Of a stretch of DNA of 64,000 bases, positions 51,283 to 64,000 are shown piece by piece; within the stretch, counting starts at the first letter, position 1; each line of letters begins with the position of its first letter. The DNA comes from Macrostomum lignano (Eukaryota): positions 13,673-77,672 of the forward strand of contig NIVC01002754.1 of assembly GCA_002269645.1 (NCBI GenBank), given 5' to 3'. The notes beneath the pieces are model-generated. The model saw only the letters and a list, made by a program, of their open reading frames with translations, was not told the DNA's origin and searched no databases. A program made the translations under genes and the position numbers.

Positions 51283-52269
51283 AGCAGCCAGACAGGCCAC
51301 GCAAGTCGCAGTTGGCAGCGTCTGGTCACAATATTAAGCAGTAAAAGCAAAAAAATAAAAGCTATTCGGCTATTAAAAGGATTCTAACGGTTAGCATGAC
51401 CAGCAGGTCGACTTTTCAAGTGGTTTGGCATCGATGGCAATTCTGTTTTTTATGCTACTCCAGACTGTAACTGCCTACAGTAAGTCAATTTTCTTGATAC
51501 TCATTGGTTCATTTTTTCTTTCATACCTACAGAAAATGACAATCCTCTATACTAAAAATGTTTTTTTATAGGTATATGTACGCTCGTATACAACAATATA
51601 ATACAGTTCAGAAAAAAAACGATTTTCATGAAACTTGCTAGATGCAAGCATTCGGAAGTTCGATCAGAAGTTTTCCGCGGTGACGGTACCTGCGCCGTAG
51701 CTAAGAAATTAAGACACAGTGCTAAGATCCTGGGCGGGTAAAGCAAGTGGGCTTTACCCGATTTTAATGGCGGAGCGACCCGCCTCGCTGCCGCCTTTTT
51801 TTATCGCCTTGTACTCATACTGGTTTTACGCGCTGTACATACGTGCTGACTAGCACCCCTAACCCCCGGTGTGCATGTGCTTTACGAGCGTATTTATATG
51901 TTGCTCAGCTCAGCGCGAAAGGGGCGCTGCTGCCGCTCAATATTTTTTTTTATTTCTCTAATCATTGTAATCAATCAATTCTAATCAATACATTCGAACA
52001 ATGCGTCCCCAAATCGCTTTGGGGCCTGCCTCGCCTCGATCGCCACTTGCCCCGTCTCCGCCTCGTCACTCCGGACATTAATGGGTTGAAAGACACAAGT
52101 ACTCGCAGTTTCTGCCACATTGCGCAGAGTACATCAAACCCACGACACTAAGACAAAACCCAGCGTTCTGGTACTTTGCTAAAATCGTAAACTTTAAGCT
52201 GGTTTGCACCGCCACAAAGAAAGGTATCGAATTAAACAAACAAAGTCCGTGTCACCGTGTGACAGGGGT

Positions 52270-52470
52270 TGCTTTCACAAGCTCGAAGTTTCACAACCTC
52301 GAAACCAGTTACTTTCATAAGCTCGAAATTTCACAAGCTCGAAATTTCACAAGCTCGAAATTTCACAACCTCGAAAACCATTCTAGCAGCCACTTTCACA
52401 AACTCGAAACTTCATAAGCTCGAAATTTTCATATCCTCGAAAATTTTAGCAGGCGACTTCACAAGCTGCT
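52270..52470. repeat. Degenerate repeat with TTCACAAGCTCGAAA core
   Basis: Core recurs ~8 times. Confidence 0.8.
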
Positions 52471-52572
52471 AAAATGGCGGAAAGACATAACACTAGCAGG
52501 CTTTAGCCAATAGAAACATTTTCAGAAGTAGCATAGAACTATAAATATTTGAACTCGTGCATCTGATTTCAG

Positions 52573-55048
52573 CGAGGCTCCCAATGATGGAATGTCTGCA
52601 GTCTTCAACCGCTTCTGAAGGCGTCTGCAGTCGAGCCATCGACAACAACGATCACCAATTATTTAGCCACAATTCCTGCTCTCACACCAAAAACGAGAAG
52701 GGCTGGTGGTAGGCGAGAACCAAGTCGCATTCGGGCGAATCGAATCACCAACCGGATTGACTGTTGCTCAGAATTTGCAGAGTCATTATATTTGCAGAGC
52801 CATTTTATTTGCAGAGCCATTTTATTAGCAGAGCCATTTTATTCGCAGAGCCATTTTATTTGCAAACCTGTGCAAATAGTGCTGACACCTCCTGGCATCG
52901 CGGCCAGATCACCAGGCGTCATAAACCGCGTGCTCGCCGGCGCTCCTGAACCCTCCGAGTGGACCATCGCGCACATCGTGCCGATCCCGAAGAAGGCAGG
53001 AACAACGTGGAAAGAAGACCACCGCGGGATCTAGCTGATGTCCTGCACCGCGAAGCTTTTTAACCGGCTGCTGCTCAATCGTCTGCAGTCTGTGCTAGAC
53101 CCGTACCTGCGGTACGAGCAAAACGGATTCCGGCCGCAACGCGGTACAGTGACACAGATCCCCACACTCCGCCGTGTCATCGAGGAGGCGCGCATCCGCC
53201 AGTCTACGCTGATCATTGTCTTCGTTGACTTTCGAAAGGCGTTTGACTCGGTGTTGAGAGCCGCGCTCCCCTTCGTCCTTCGAGCCTACCGGGTACCCCA
53301 GCAGCTAATCGACGCTGTCATAGCGCTGTATCGTGACACTCGAGCTGCTGTGGTGACGGCGGACGGCCTGTCTGACCTGTTCGATACTTCATCAGGAGTT
53401 CTGCAGGGCGACACGCTAGCGCCGTTCCTCTTCGTGCTGCTGCTGGACTGGGTGCTTCGGACCGCACTCCCCTCGGCTAACGACGGCTTCCTGCTGCGCA
53501 GACGCATCGGTCGCCGCCACGGCGAAAAGCGCCTAAGCGTGCTTGGCTCCGCCGACGACCTCGCCCTCCTGTCCTAGCCCGTTAAAGGCGCCAAGCGCCA
53601 GATAGACAAGTTGGTCGAAGTGGCATCGAGCGTCGGTCTGGTTGTCAACACGCTGAAGACCGAGGTGCGGACTGTGCCGGCCGACATCCCAGCGGACCTG
53701 ATATGCCGCGGTGCAGACTGGCAGACGACCAAGCTCGCACGCTGCCAGCGGTTCACCTACCTCGGCAGTCTGGTGCCTCACGTGGACGAAGACCTCCTGC
53801 GGCGGCGAGGACTTGCCTGGGCGGCTTTCCGTTCAATCCAGGCCGTCGTCGAGGTTGAAGCGCTAGAGGGTTCGGCTGTCGCAGGCGGTGGTCGAAACCG
53901 TCCTGCACTACAACGCCGAGACGTGGACGCTGACGGCTACGCTGGAGCGGCAGCTGGACTCGGCGCACTCAGGGCTGCTCCGTGCGGCCTTTCGAGCTGA
54001 CGAGTGCGTCGGGACCGAGGCCCTGTACGATCGGGCCAAGCTGCAGCTCCCGTCCACCATCCTGCGCCGGCGGCGACTTCAACTAGCGGGCCACGTGATC
54101 CGGGCAGAGTGCTACTGCCCCCAACCTGTTCAGGACGTCCTGCTGCTCACCCTGCAGGCCCGCTCAGGCGGGGTCAGGCCCAAACCCGTCGATACGTAGA
54201 CTGCCTGCTGTGCGACGCTGGGGCGCCCGACACTGCCAACGGGGCGGACTTCGTCCGTTCTCAGGCTCTGCGGCGCGCCATCTGACGCTCCCTGCTCTGT
54301 GACTTTATTTGCGGGGCTGCGTATTTTGTTGCTTCTGTTGTTGTTGTCAGAATGGCTTAACAACTTCGTAATCATGGTCGATGGGCACGATTACGCGTCG
54401 TACAAGTCCAACAGTTTCTTATCAATTCGCGATTTCAGATGTGACAGGATCGGTCAAGTTGTGACTGTGAAGAACCGTAAAACCGCTGACTCTCTGTGAA
54501 GTGTAGGTGTATGGATAGGAAGTCAAACTGCCTACCCCAAAGAGTAATACAGGGTGTCAATCCGTTTTTATCCATACTGATGCTTAATAGAGTACTTGTG
54601 TAACCTAGCTTGCATTTAAACAACTCTTTCCTTTTTTTAGACCGCCTTGCTCTCGTGTCATGCTCTCAAAGTTCTACAGCAATCAATGGTGTTTGCCAAA
54701 GAGCATTCGATGGTAACACGAGTCCTAATTGGCACTTACAAAGCTGCACTCACACAAAATCTGAGTTGGGCTGGTGGCAGGCCACTCTCAAAGAGCGATC
54801 GCTCGTTAAGCAGATTCGAATCTACAACCGACTCGACTGCTGCTCAGAGAGACTCAACGACTTTTCCATCACATTGGACGGTCAGGAGTGCGCCTCGTTC
54901 AAGTCGAGCGGCTTCTTCTCTGTGAAGACGTTTCAGTGCAATAAGGTCGGCCTGCAGATTCGCATCAACAATCGGAAGCGCTCACCCTTGACTCTTTGCG
55001 AAGTTCAAGTCTTTGGAGAAAAGAAGAGAAGTGCCATCAAGGCCGGAC
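52573..55048 (+). pseudogene. Inverted paralog of F-type lectin domains 2 and 3, disrupted
   Basis: 52499-55065 aligns to the reverse complement of 19660-20655. Domain-2 exon (52573-52774 + 54347-54543) has TGG TGG TAG at 52710, two small deletions and a LINE insertion. Domain-3 exon 54641-55048 (408 nt) is intact. Confidence 0.88.
52775..54346 (+). mobile_element. 5'-truncated RTE/RTEX-type non-LTR retrotransposon (degraded reverse transcriptase)
   Basis: RT motifs PIPKK, EQNGFRP, VDFRKAFDSV, GVLQGDTLAP, SADDL (from YADDL); stops and frameshifts; (TTG)n 3' tail; 7-bp TSD TCAGAAT at 52768-52774 and 54347-54353. Confidence 0.92.
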
Positions 55049-55089
55049 GTAAGTGGTTTTTAATATTTTATCTATCTATCTATCTATCC

Positions 55090-55126
<37 letters not shown>

Positions 55127-56255
55127 CCTACTTGCATGTATGCTATGATAATTTGAATAAGCTACATGTAGTTGCAACGTGGATTAAGTAAATTAGCAAT
55201 AGGATTTTGCGTAGGTACGCAGAGCACTTAACTATATGGACAAGGCATTTATCGCCAGCCAATTATGCATCGAGAGCGTGCAAGACCAAGTTGAAGATGT
55301 AGGGCTAAAAGTCAGCGGCAAGAATTTCTATAGATAGATGCGTTGCTATTTTGCGTCGTAGCTGTTTGGTTTTTAATACTTGTAAATTGTCAACTTGTCA
55401 CTTGTACTTGCTTCATGAAATCGGCCCCAGATATGACCGAATTTTAAAAAATGAGCAATTAAATACGCTCGCAATAGTTGGTAGCAATAAAAATCAATAA
55501 ATCGTCATTTAAAGAAAAAACACAGTTCTTCGAAGCTGGTTTTTGTTTATTTTCTGAAAATTAGCGATCTCCAGTGATCTCAATACACGATTAATAAGTT
55601 TACAAGACGTAATTAGTTAATTAGTTAGCTAATTATGCCTTGGTAATTAACAGTTTGTAGTTAGAAGCAGTGTGTCAACTGTAAAAAGTCAATAAAAATC
55701 TCCCCACTAGTTATTCTATGTATATATATATATTATTATTAAGGGCATAATGAAAAATAACCAACAGCTTTTAAATGAGCGCTTCATTTTAACGAAAAGT
55801 AAACAATTTTTGTGTTGCACTTTGAACTATTTAGTCCTTATTCTAGTGCATCAGTATTTTCAGTATTTTTTATAGTTTCAAACTAAGAGCCTTTTAGTGC
55901 GCTTTTTAACAAAGCAGTTGATAACTTTCTTCGTTTTCACCATGAATAAAAATTTACTAAAAGTTATAGAATAAATACGAGCTAGAGTTTGAGCAGCAGT
56001 CGAAACAAAAAGGATTTATTGTGCTTTTAAAAATCATTGTGTCAGCTGTGTTCTGCTCCTGCGTCATCAGGCCTTCGATTCGTCTGCTGTCCTTTCTGAA
56101 AAGCGAAAATGGACGAGCTTTATTAAATTTAATCTCTTTTTCAGTTAATCAATGCGACAAATATTTCTTGAGCAGCTAGTAACACAGAATGCGAATTGAA
56201 AAGCGGAAAGGTGGAAGAAAATGGTAGGTTACCCTGACAGTACAAAAATGTTAAT

Positions 56256-57805
<1,550 letters not shown>

Positions 57806-58091
57806 CTTGTATGTGTGGTATGATAAGTTAAATAAGCATAAAATTAAATGTTTAGAAAGTGTGGCGAAAGTACACGATCTACATACGCACGTTAAGTTGA
57901 GACATGCAGAAATGCGTGCGGAAAGACTGTAATAGATCTAGCAAATCTAGGAAAAAAGTTTAAGTGTTTAAAATAGGGCACCTTAAATTGATTTTTTCGA
58001 CAAGTTAATCCTTTGAAGTGTTAATCATTTGTTCGTCACTCAATCCGGGCGACAACTTTGTCAAGCTCTTCCTCTCTATTTCTCGGAGTCG

Positions 58092-61000
58092 TTAAGCAGA
58101 ATCGTTGGAAACCTTTTGAGTGTCTCTGCTGGACTCTGCTTTTTCTGGCTTCCCTTGGTCTTCATTTAAAATCTCATCGGCTTTCGTTGTGTCCTCAGAT
58201 GTTTCTTGAGACGTGTTCTGAGCTGGTTTCTCTGTTGCGTCCTCAGCTTCTTTCTCAGTTGTGTCCTCCGCGGGATTCTGTGGTGTGTCCTCAGCTGGTT
58301 TCTCAATAGTGTCCTCAGCTGGTTTCTCAATAGTGTCCTCAGCTGGTTTCTCAGTTGTGTCCTCAGCTGGTTTCTCAATAGTGTCCTCAGCTGGTTTCTC
58401 AATAGTGTCCTCAGCTGGTTTCTCAATAGTGTCCTCAGCTGGTTTCTCAATAGTGTCCTCAGCTGGTTTCTCAGTTGTGTCCTCAGCTGGTTTCTCAATA
58501 GTGTCCTCAGCTGGTTTCTCAATAGTGTCCTCAGCTGGTTTCTTAGTTGTGTCCTCCGCGGGATTCTGTGGTGTGTCCTCAGCTGGTTTCTCAATAGTGT
58601 CCTCAGCTTCTTTCTCAGTTGTGTCCTCCGCGGGATTCTGTGGTGTGTCCTCAGCTGGTTTCTCAATAGTGTCCTCAGCTGGTTTCTCAATAGTGTCCTC
58701 AGCTGGTTTCTCAGTTGTGTCCTCAGCTGGTTTCTCAATAGTGTCCTCAGCTGGTTTCTCAATAGTGTCCTCAGCTGGTTTCTTAGTTGTGTCCTCAGCT
58801 GGTTCCTCAGGTGTGTCCTCAGCTGGTTTCTCAATAGTATCCTCAGCTGGTTTCTGAGTAATGTCCTCAGCTGGTTTCTGAGTAATGTCCTCAGCTGGTT
58901 TTTCAGTGATGTCCTCAGCTGGTTTCTCAGTTGTGTCCTCAGCTGGTTTCTCAATAGTGTCCTCAGCTGGTTTCTCAATAGTATCCTCAGCTGGTTTCTC
59001 AAAAGTATCCTCAGCTGGTTTCTCAAAAGTATCCTCAGCTGGCTCCTCTGGTGTGTCCTCAGCTGGTTTCTCAAAAGTATCCTCAGCTGGTTTCTCAGTA
59101 ATGTCCTCATCTGGTTTCTCAGTAGTGTCCTCAGCTGGTTTCTCAGTAGTGTCCTCAGCTGGTTTCTCAGTAGTGTCCTCAGATGGTTTCTCAGTAGTGT
59201 CCTCAGCTGGTTTCTCAGTAGTGTCCTCAGCTGGTTTCTCAGTAATGTCCTCAGCTGGTTTCTCAGCTGCTGCATATTCAGAGTTTTTCGTTGTTGTTTC
59301 TCTAGGAGAGTTCTCAACAGGTTTTAGCGTTGAACTTACAGATGTTTCCTTGTTGTTGTGTGCAAAACTAACTGCAACCTTCTCAACACTTTCCGAGTCA
59401 TCAGCTGTTTCTGTCTCTGAGTGACTCTCCATTGATTTAGAATTGTCACTTGTATCGTCTACTGTCTCGGAATCATCAGCAGCTTCTGAATCACCAGCTG
59501 TCTTCTCAGCAGCTTCTGAATCACCAGCTGTCTTCTCAGCAGGTTCTGAATCATCAGCTGTCTTCTCAGCAGCTTTTGAATCATCAGCTGTCTTTTCAGC
59601 AGCTTTTGAATCATCAGTTGTCTTCTCAGCAGCTTCTGAATCACCAGCTGTCTTCTCAGCAGCTTTTGAATCATCAGCTGTCTTCTCAGCAGGTTCTGAA
59701 TCATCAGCTGTCTTCTCAGCAGGTTCTGAATCATCAGCTGTCTTCTCACCAGCTTCTGAATCATCAGCTGTTTTCTCAGCAGGTTCTGAATCATCAGCTG
59801 TCTTCTCAGCAGGTTCTGAATCATCAGCTGTCTTCTCAGCAGGTTCTGACTCGTCATCTGTATTCTCAGAGGACTCTGACTCGTCATCTGTATTCTCAGA
59901 GGAGTCTGAATCATCGGCTGTCTTCTCAGAGGATTCTGAATCATCAGTTGTCTTCTCAGCAGCTTCTGAATCATCAGCTGTCTTCTCAGCAGCTTCTGAA
60001 TCATCAGCTGTCTTCTCAGCAGGTTCTGAATCACCAGCTGTCTTCTCAGCAGCTTTTGAATCATCAGCTGTCTTTTCAGCAGCTTTTGAATCATCAGTTG
60101 TCTTCTCAGCAGCTTCTGAATCACCAGCTGTCTTCTCAGCAGCTTCTGAATCACCAGCTGTCTTCTCAGCAGGTTCTGAATCATCAGCTGTCTTCTCAGC
60201 AGCTTTTGAATCATCAGCTGTCTTTTCAGCAGCTTTTGAATCATCAGTTGTCTTCTCAGCAGCTTCTGAATCACCAGCTGTCTTCTCAGCAGCTTTTGAA
60301 TCATCAGCTGTCTTCTCAGCAGGTTCTGAATCATCAGCTGTCTTCTCAGCAGGTTCTGAATCATCAGCTGTCTTCTCACCAGCTTCTGAATCATCAGCTG
60401 TTTTCTCAGCAGGTTCTGAATCATCAGCTGTCTTCTCAGCAGGTTCTGAATCATCAGCTGTCTTCTCAGCAGGTTCTGACTCGTCATCTGTATTCTCAGA
60501 GGACTCTGACTCGTCATCTGTATTCTCAGAGGAGTCTGAATCATCGGCTGTCTTCTCAGAGGATTCTGAATCATCAGTTGTCTTCTCAGCAGCTTCTGAA
60601 TCATCAGCTGTCTTCTCAGCAGCTTCTGAATCATCAGCTGTCTTCTCAGCAGGTTCTGAATCACCAGCTGTCTTCTCAGCAGGTTCTGAATCACCAGCTG
60701 TCTTCTCAGCAGGTTCTGAATCACCAGCTGTCTTCTCAGCAGGTTCTGACTCGTCATCTGTATTCTCAGAGGAGTCTGAATCATCGGCTGTCTTCTCAGG
60801 GGATTCTGAATCATCAGTTGTCTTCTCAGCAGGTTCTGAATCAACAGCTGTCTTCTCAGCAGGTTCTGAATCATCAGCTGTCTTCTCAGCAGCTTTTGAA
60901 TCATCAATTGTCTTCTCAGCAGGTTCTGACTCGTCATCTGTATTCTCAGAGGATTCTGAATCATCTGTTGTCTCCCCAGAGGATTCTAAAAAAATTTCTG

Positions 61001-64000
61001 CCTTATCAGAGGGTTGTGAAACGGTAACTATCTGCTCTGCTGATTGCGAATCATCAGTCTTCCCCCGTGTCTTTGTCTCGGCTGCAGTATTGGCAGTCCT
61101 TTTTGTTTGTTGGTCGCTAGATTTAAAACGATTGCTAATTTGAATATCTGAAGCTAAGTGTGGTTTCCGTTGTCGAGCGTTAGTTTTACTCGGAGGACTC
61201 TGTTCTGCTGCTTTGTTGTTGTCAAATTTTTTCTGTCTCAACTGGCTACTCTTGGTTTGGACTGGTTGGCCCAGGGATCGATGCCGATTTTGCTGCTGTA
61301 TTTGTTGGTGTCTTTCGTCGCTTTTGATGGCAACTTGACTTGCGGTTGACTTGTTGGAGTCAGGCTGACTGCTACCTTGAGCATTGGTGTCTTCGGTAAG
61401 AAGGAAGGAAAGTGAGGTGGTTAGTACGAGCTAGTGGTTTAGTTTTGGTTAGTATGGCTAATCTGTATTAGGATGATACCTGGCGCTTGTTATGAATTGA
61501 TTTGAAAATTTCAAGCATAGTTTTTTAGTATGAAATCTACGGTTAGTGTCGTTGATTTGTCTCTATGCTGCTACGAGCGTATTATAAAGCGTCCTATTAA
61601 CGAGCTAAGTAATGAATATAATAAAAACTTGGAACACACCTGCTTCCTTATCCTTCTCCACGCTTTCTTCCTCTGATTTTTTATCTTCATGAATATCGTC
61701 TTTCGGTCCTTCGTCGTCTTGATCTCGCTGCTGCTGTGCGTCGTCATTCTTCTGCACCTCCTGCTCGTCCGCATCCTTGCCATCCTCCACTTTTTCGGTA
61801 ATGTCGGATACCTCCGGCTTGTACGCTGATCGGTTTTTATCCCCGTCTGGCTGTTCTTCCTGTTCAGTTTGACTGTCTTTGACTGGCGTGCCAGTCTCGT
61901 CTTCCGTCGCGGCCTCGTCCTCGGCAGCTTCATCCCCGATCGGCTTGGTTCGCTCGAGCTGCAGCGACTCCGGCCGAGTCGAAGCTTGCGGCGAGAACGG
62001 TCGGTAGGACGCCTGGTCAGATTCGCGCTTCGAGCTTGGCGCCGAGGCGCCGTTCTGTTCGGCACCCGTCGAGCCACTGCCCTCCTCGTCGATGCCTTCC
62101 AGTCTTTGTTTCTGGCTAGTTTCACTTTGTTGGTTCCGATCAGCTGACGCATATTCATCCAGTGGATCGAGCTCGTCAACCAGCGGCGTGCGCACGATGG
62201 GCACCCTCGGTCTGGTCGGATAGGCCCCGTCTAAGAAGCCTGGATCGAGGATGAAAAAGCCGCGCTCGGTAGGGTCCGGCGGCTTCACGCTGCTCGGTAG
62301 CAGAACGGTGGCTACGTGGTGCTGCTTGGACTGTAAATTGTGGGTGAGACGACAGTATTTTAAACGGCTAATCAGAGAGATTACGGAGATATTTCTAAAG
62401 GTCATTTTTCTGCTCTAAATATTCGTGTTTGGAGAAGGGGAGAGACGAGTGCATGAGAGCCATTACTGTCCCTGAGCCTTCGCCTAAGATTGATGATTTG
62501 GTCAATCTCCAATTTTTGTCGGAAAAAATTTCTTTTCCTCGACTTTTTGACTATCTTGCTGTATGATGCTATTTCCGTAGTGATTTTCCTATCAACTTGA
62601 TTCACTCACCCAGGTGGTGTAGATCTCGCATTCGTAGAGCTCGTCGCTGCCCTGATCGTCTTCTACTTGGGCACTCTCGAATAGTACTATGAGTTCGTAG
62701 CCTTGCAACGATGAAATTGTGCATCTGAAAAGAATTTGTTTATAAAAGAATAAATAATACCACTATGTAAGGATCCCTTTCTTACTGAGCCAAAAGAAAA
62801 TTGTAAAGAAGCAACAAAAATTCCCGAAAGTCACCTGTCGCTATACACCAGCTTTGGTCTGTTTGCAGCTTCATTCCCAGACTCCATCTCCTTGTCGCCT
62901 CCGTCGCTGGCAAGCTCCATTCCGCACATGTGCACACCCTCGAGCCGCAGCGACGAAGAGTTGCCAAATCTGCTGCTGGAACGCACCATGCGACTGTCGC
63001 CGCCTCCAGCAGCACCGGTGACAGGTAGAAGCTCGCAGCGTAGGCGGACATCTTCCAGCCGGCAGCGATGCACTGCTTCGGACAGTGCCAGGCGTTTGTC
63101 GAGACGCATGGCGGCCAGCAGGCGTCGGGGCTCGTACAGACCACCCGGCCACAGACTGCCAATCAGTCCGGTCGGTCGCAGGCGTCTTAGTTGGGCGTGT
63201 CGACGTCTGAGTCGCTCTAGCCAAGCTTTCAGTGGCAACGAGTTCGGTTGCTCGTTGCGGTGCAGCCAGTCTTCAGGCACCAACTCGATGGCCAGTCGGC
63301 TAGCGGACGCGGCAAGAGCCGGGGGCAAGTTCGCCAAGCCGGCTGGCAGATGACGGCGAAGCTGTTGAACATCGCGACCTACAGCTAGGATTTGGCGATT
63401 GTACACGGCGCACTCTCGCTGTACAGCTTCTTCCACGGCTGGCGATCTGGTTTGCTGATGATCGGTAAACGAACCAGCTGACGACAATGATGTCGAGCTG
63501 GCAGCTGAGCTCGGCGGATGATAGGCAAAGTTGAACTGTCGAGAGTCGGCTTCGCTGGTGAAGCGAACCAGAGGTGGCAGCTGCTCAGCTACCAAATCCA
63601 GCACTGTGAACAGCTTTGCCAGACGACTTGCCGGACGAATCTCGAATTCGAATACCGACGGTAAAGATGACGAAGAAGAATTTAGTGTTAGCGACGTGGA
63701 CGGCGGAGGACTATCGCTGAGCCATGTTGCGTAGAGGCGCTGCATGCAGGCTGCAAAGGCCTGGCCAGCCGGTTCGCCAGTCCGAGCGGAAGTCTCCCAG
63801 GGCAGGAGTTTCAGCAGTGATTTTTGGGCGGCCCAGTCGCGTAGAAAGTCGAGCGTCTCTACACCGTTAGGCGACGGCGGAGGACAAAGGCCGCTAGCTG
63901 ACGCTTCCGTAAGCCAGAACCGCATCAGCTTCCTGGTGTCCTGACCGCTGTGCAGGTGCTCATACAGTCGGCTCATAAGATTGCTCTCCGAGGATTCGCT
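58092..64000 (-). CDS. 3' part of a divergent dynein heavy chain (DNHD1-like) with a long acidic tandem-repeat C-terminal extension; continues beyond the window
   Basis: Phase-consistent exons >64000-62835, 62724-62610, 62330-61640, 61390-58092. Dynein C-terminal-domain motifs QRECAVYN, LVPEDW, PLKAWLERL, LWPGGLYEPRRLL, LRLEGVHMCG, LYECEIYTT, VATVLLP..RGFFIL. Then 10-aa EKTADDSEPA and 7-aa EKPAEDT repeats to TAA at 58092. Confidence 0.78.

Overview
Eukaryotic (metazoan) genomic DNA, very rich in mini- and microsatellites, with GT-AG spliced genes. Repeat style and composition suggest a free-living flatworm such as Macrostomum; this is inference and was not verified. Most long ORFs in the supplied track are translations of tandem repeats. 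Minus-strand genes supported by phase-consistent splice sites: (1) a complete 7-exon, ~1,602-aa type I membrane mucin-like protein (1279-7806); (2) a 5-exon coiled-coil protein (10579-17159) whose second intron holds a Crypton-like tyrosine-recombinase element flanked by hairpins; (3) an F-type lectin x3 + WSC gene carrying two 1-bp deletions (18677-21098); (4) a ZNF106-like WD40/C2H2 gene (26559-37859) with minisatellite-filled introns and a nested antisense membrane-protein ORF; (5) the 3' end of a divergent dynein heavy chain that splices in frame to a ~1,300-aa acidic repeat tail (58092 to beyond the window end). Also present: an inverted, pseudogenised F-lectin paralog disrupted by an RTE-type LINE with a 7-bp TSD; a deleted Tc1/IS630 element with ~135-bp TIRs; an inverted duplicated composite block (23.0-25.1 kb vs 43.1-45.8 kb); and a ~3.6-kb block (37.9-41.5 kb) almost devoid of CpG that shows signs of local C-to-T hypermutation.
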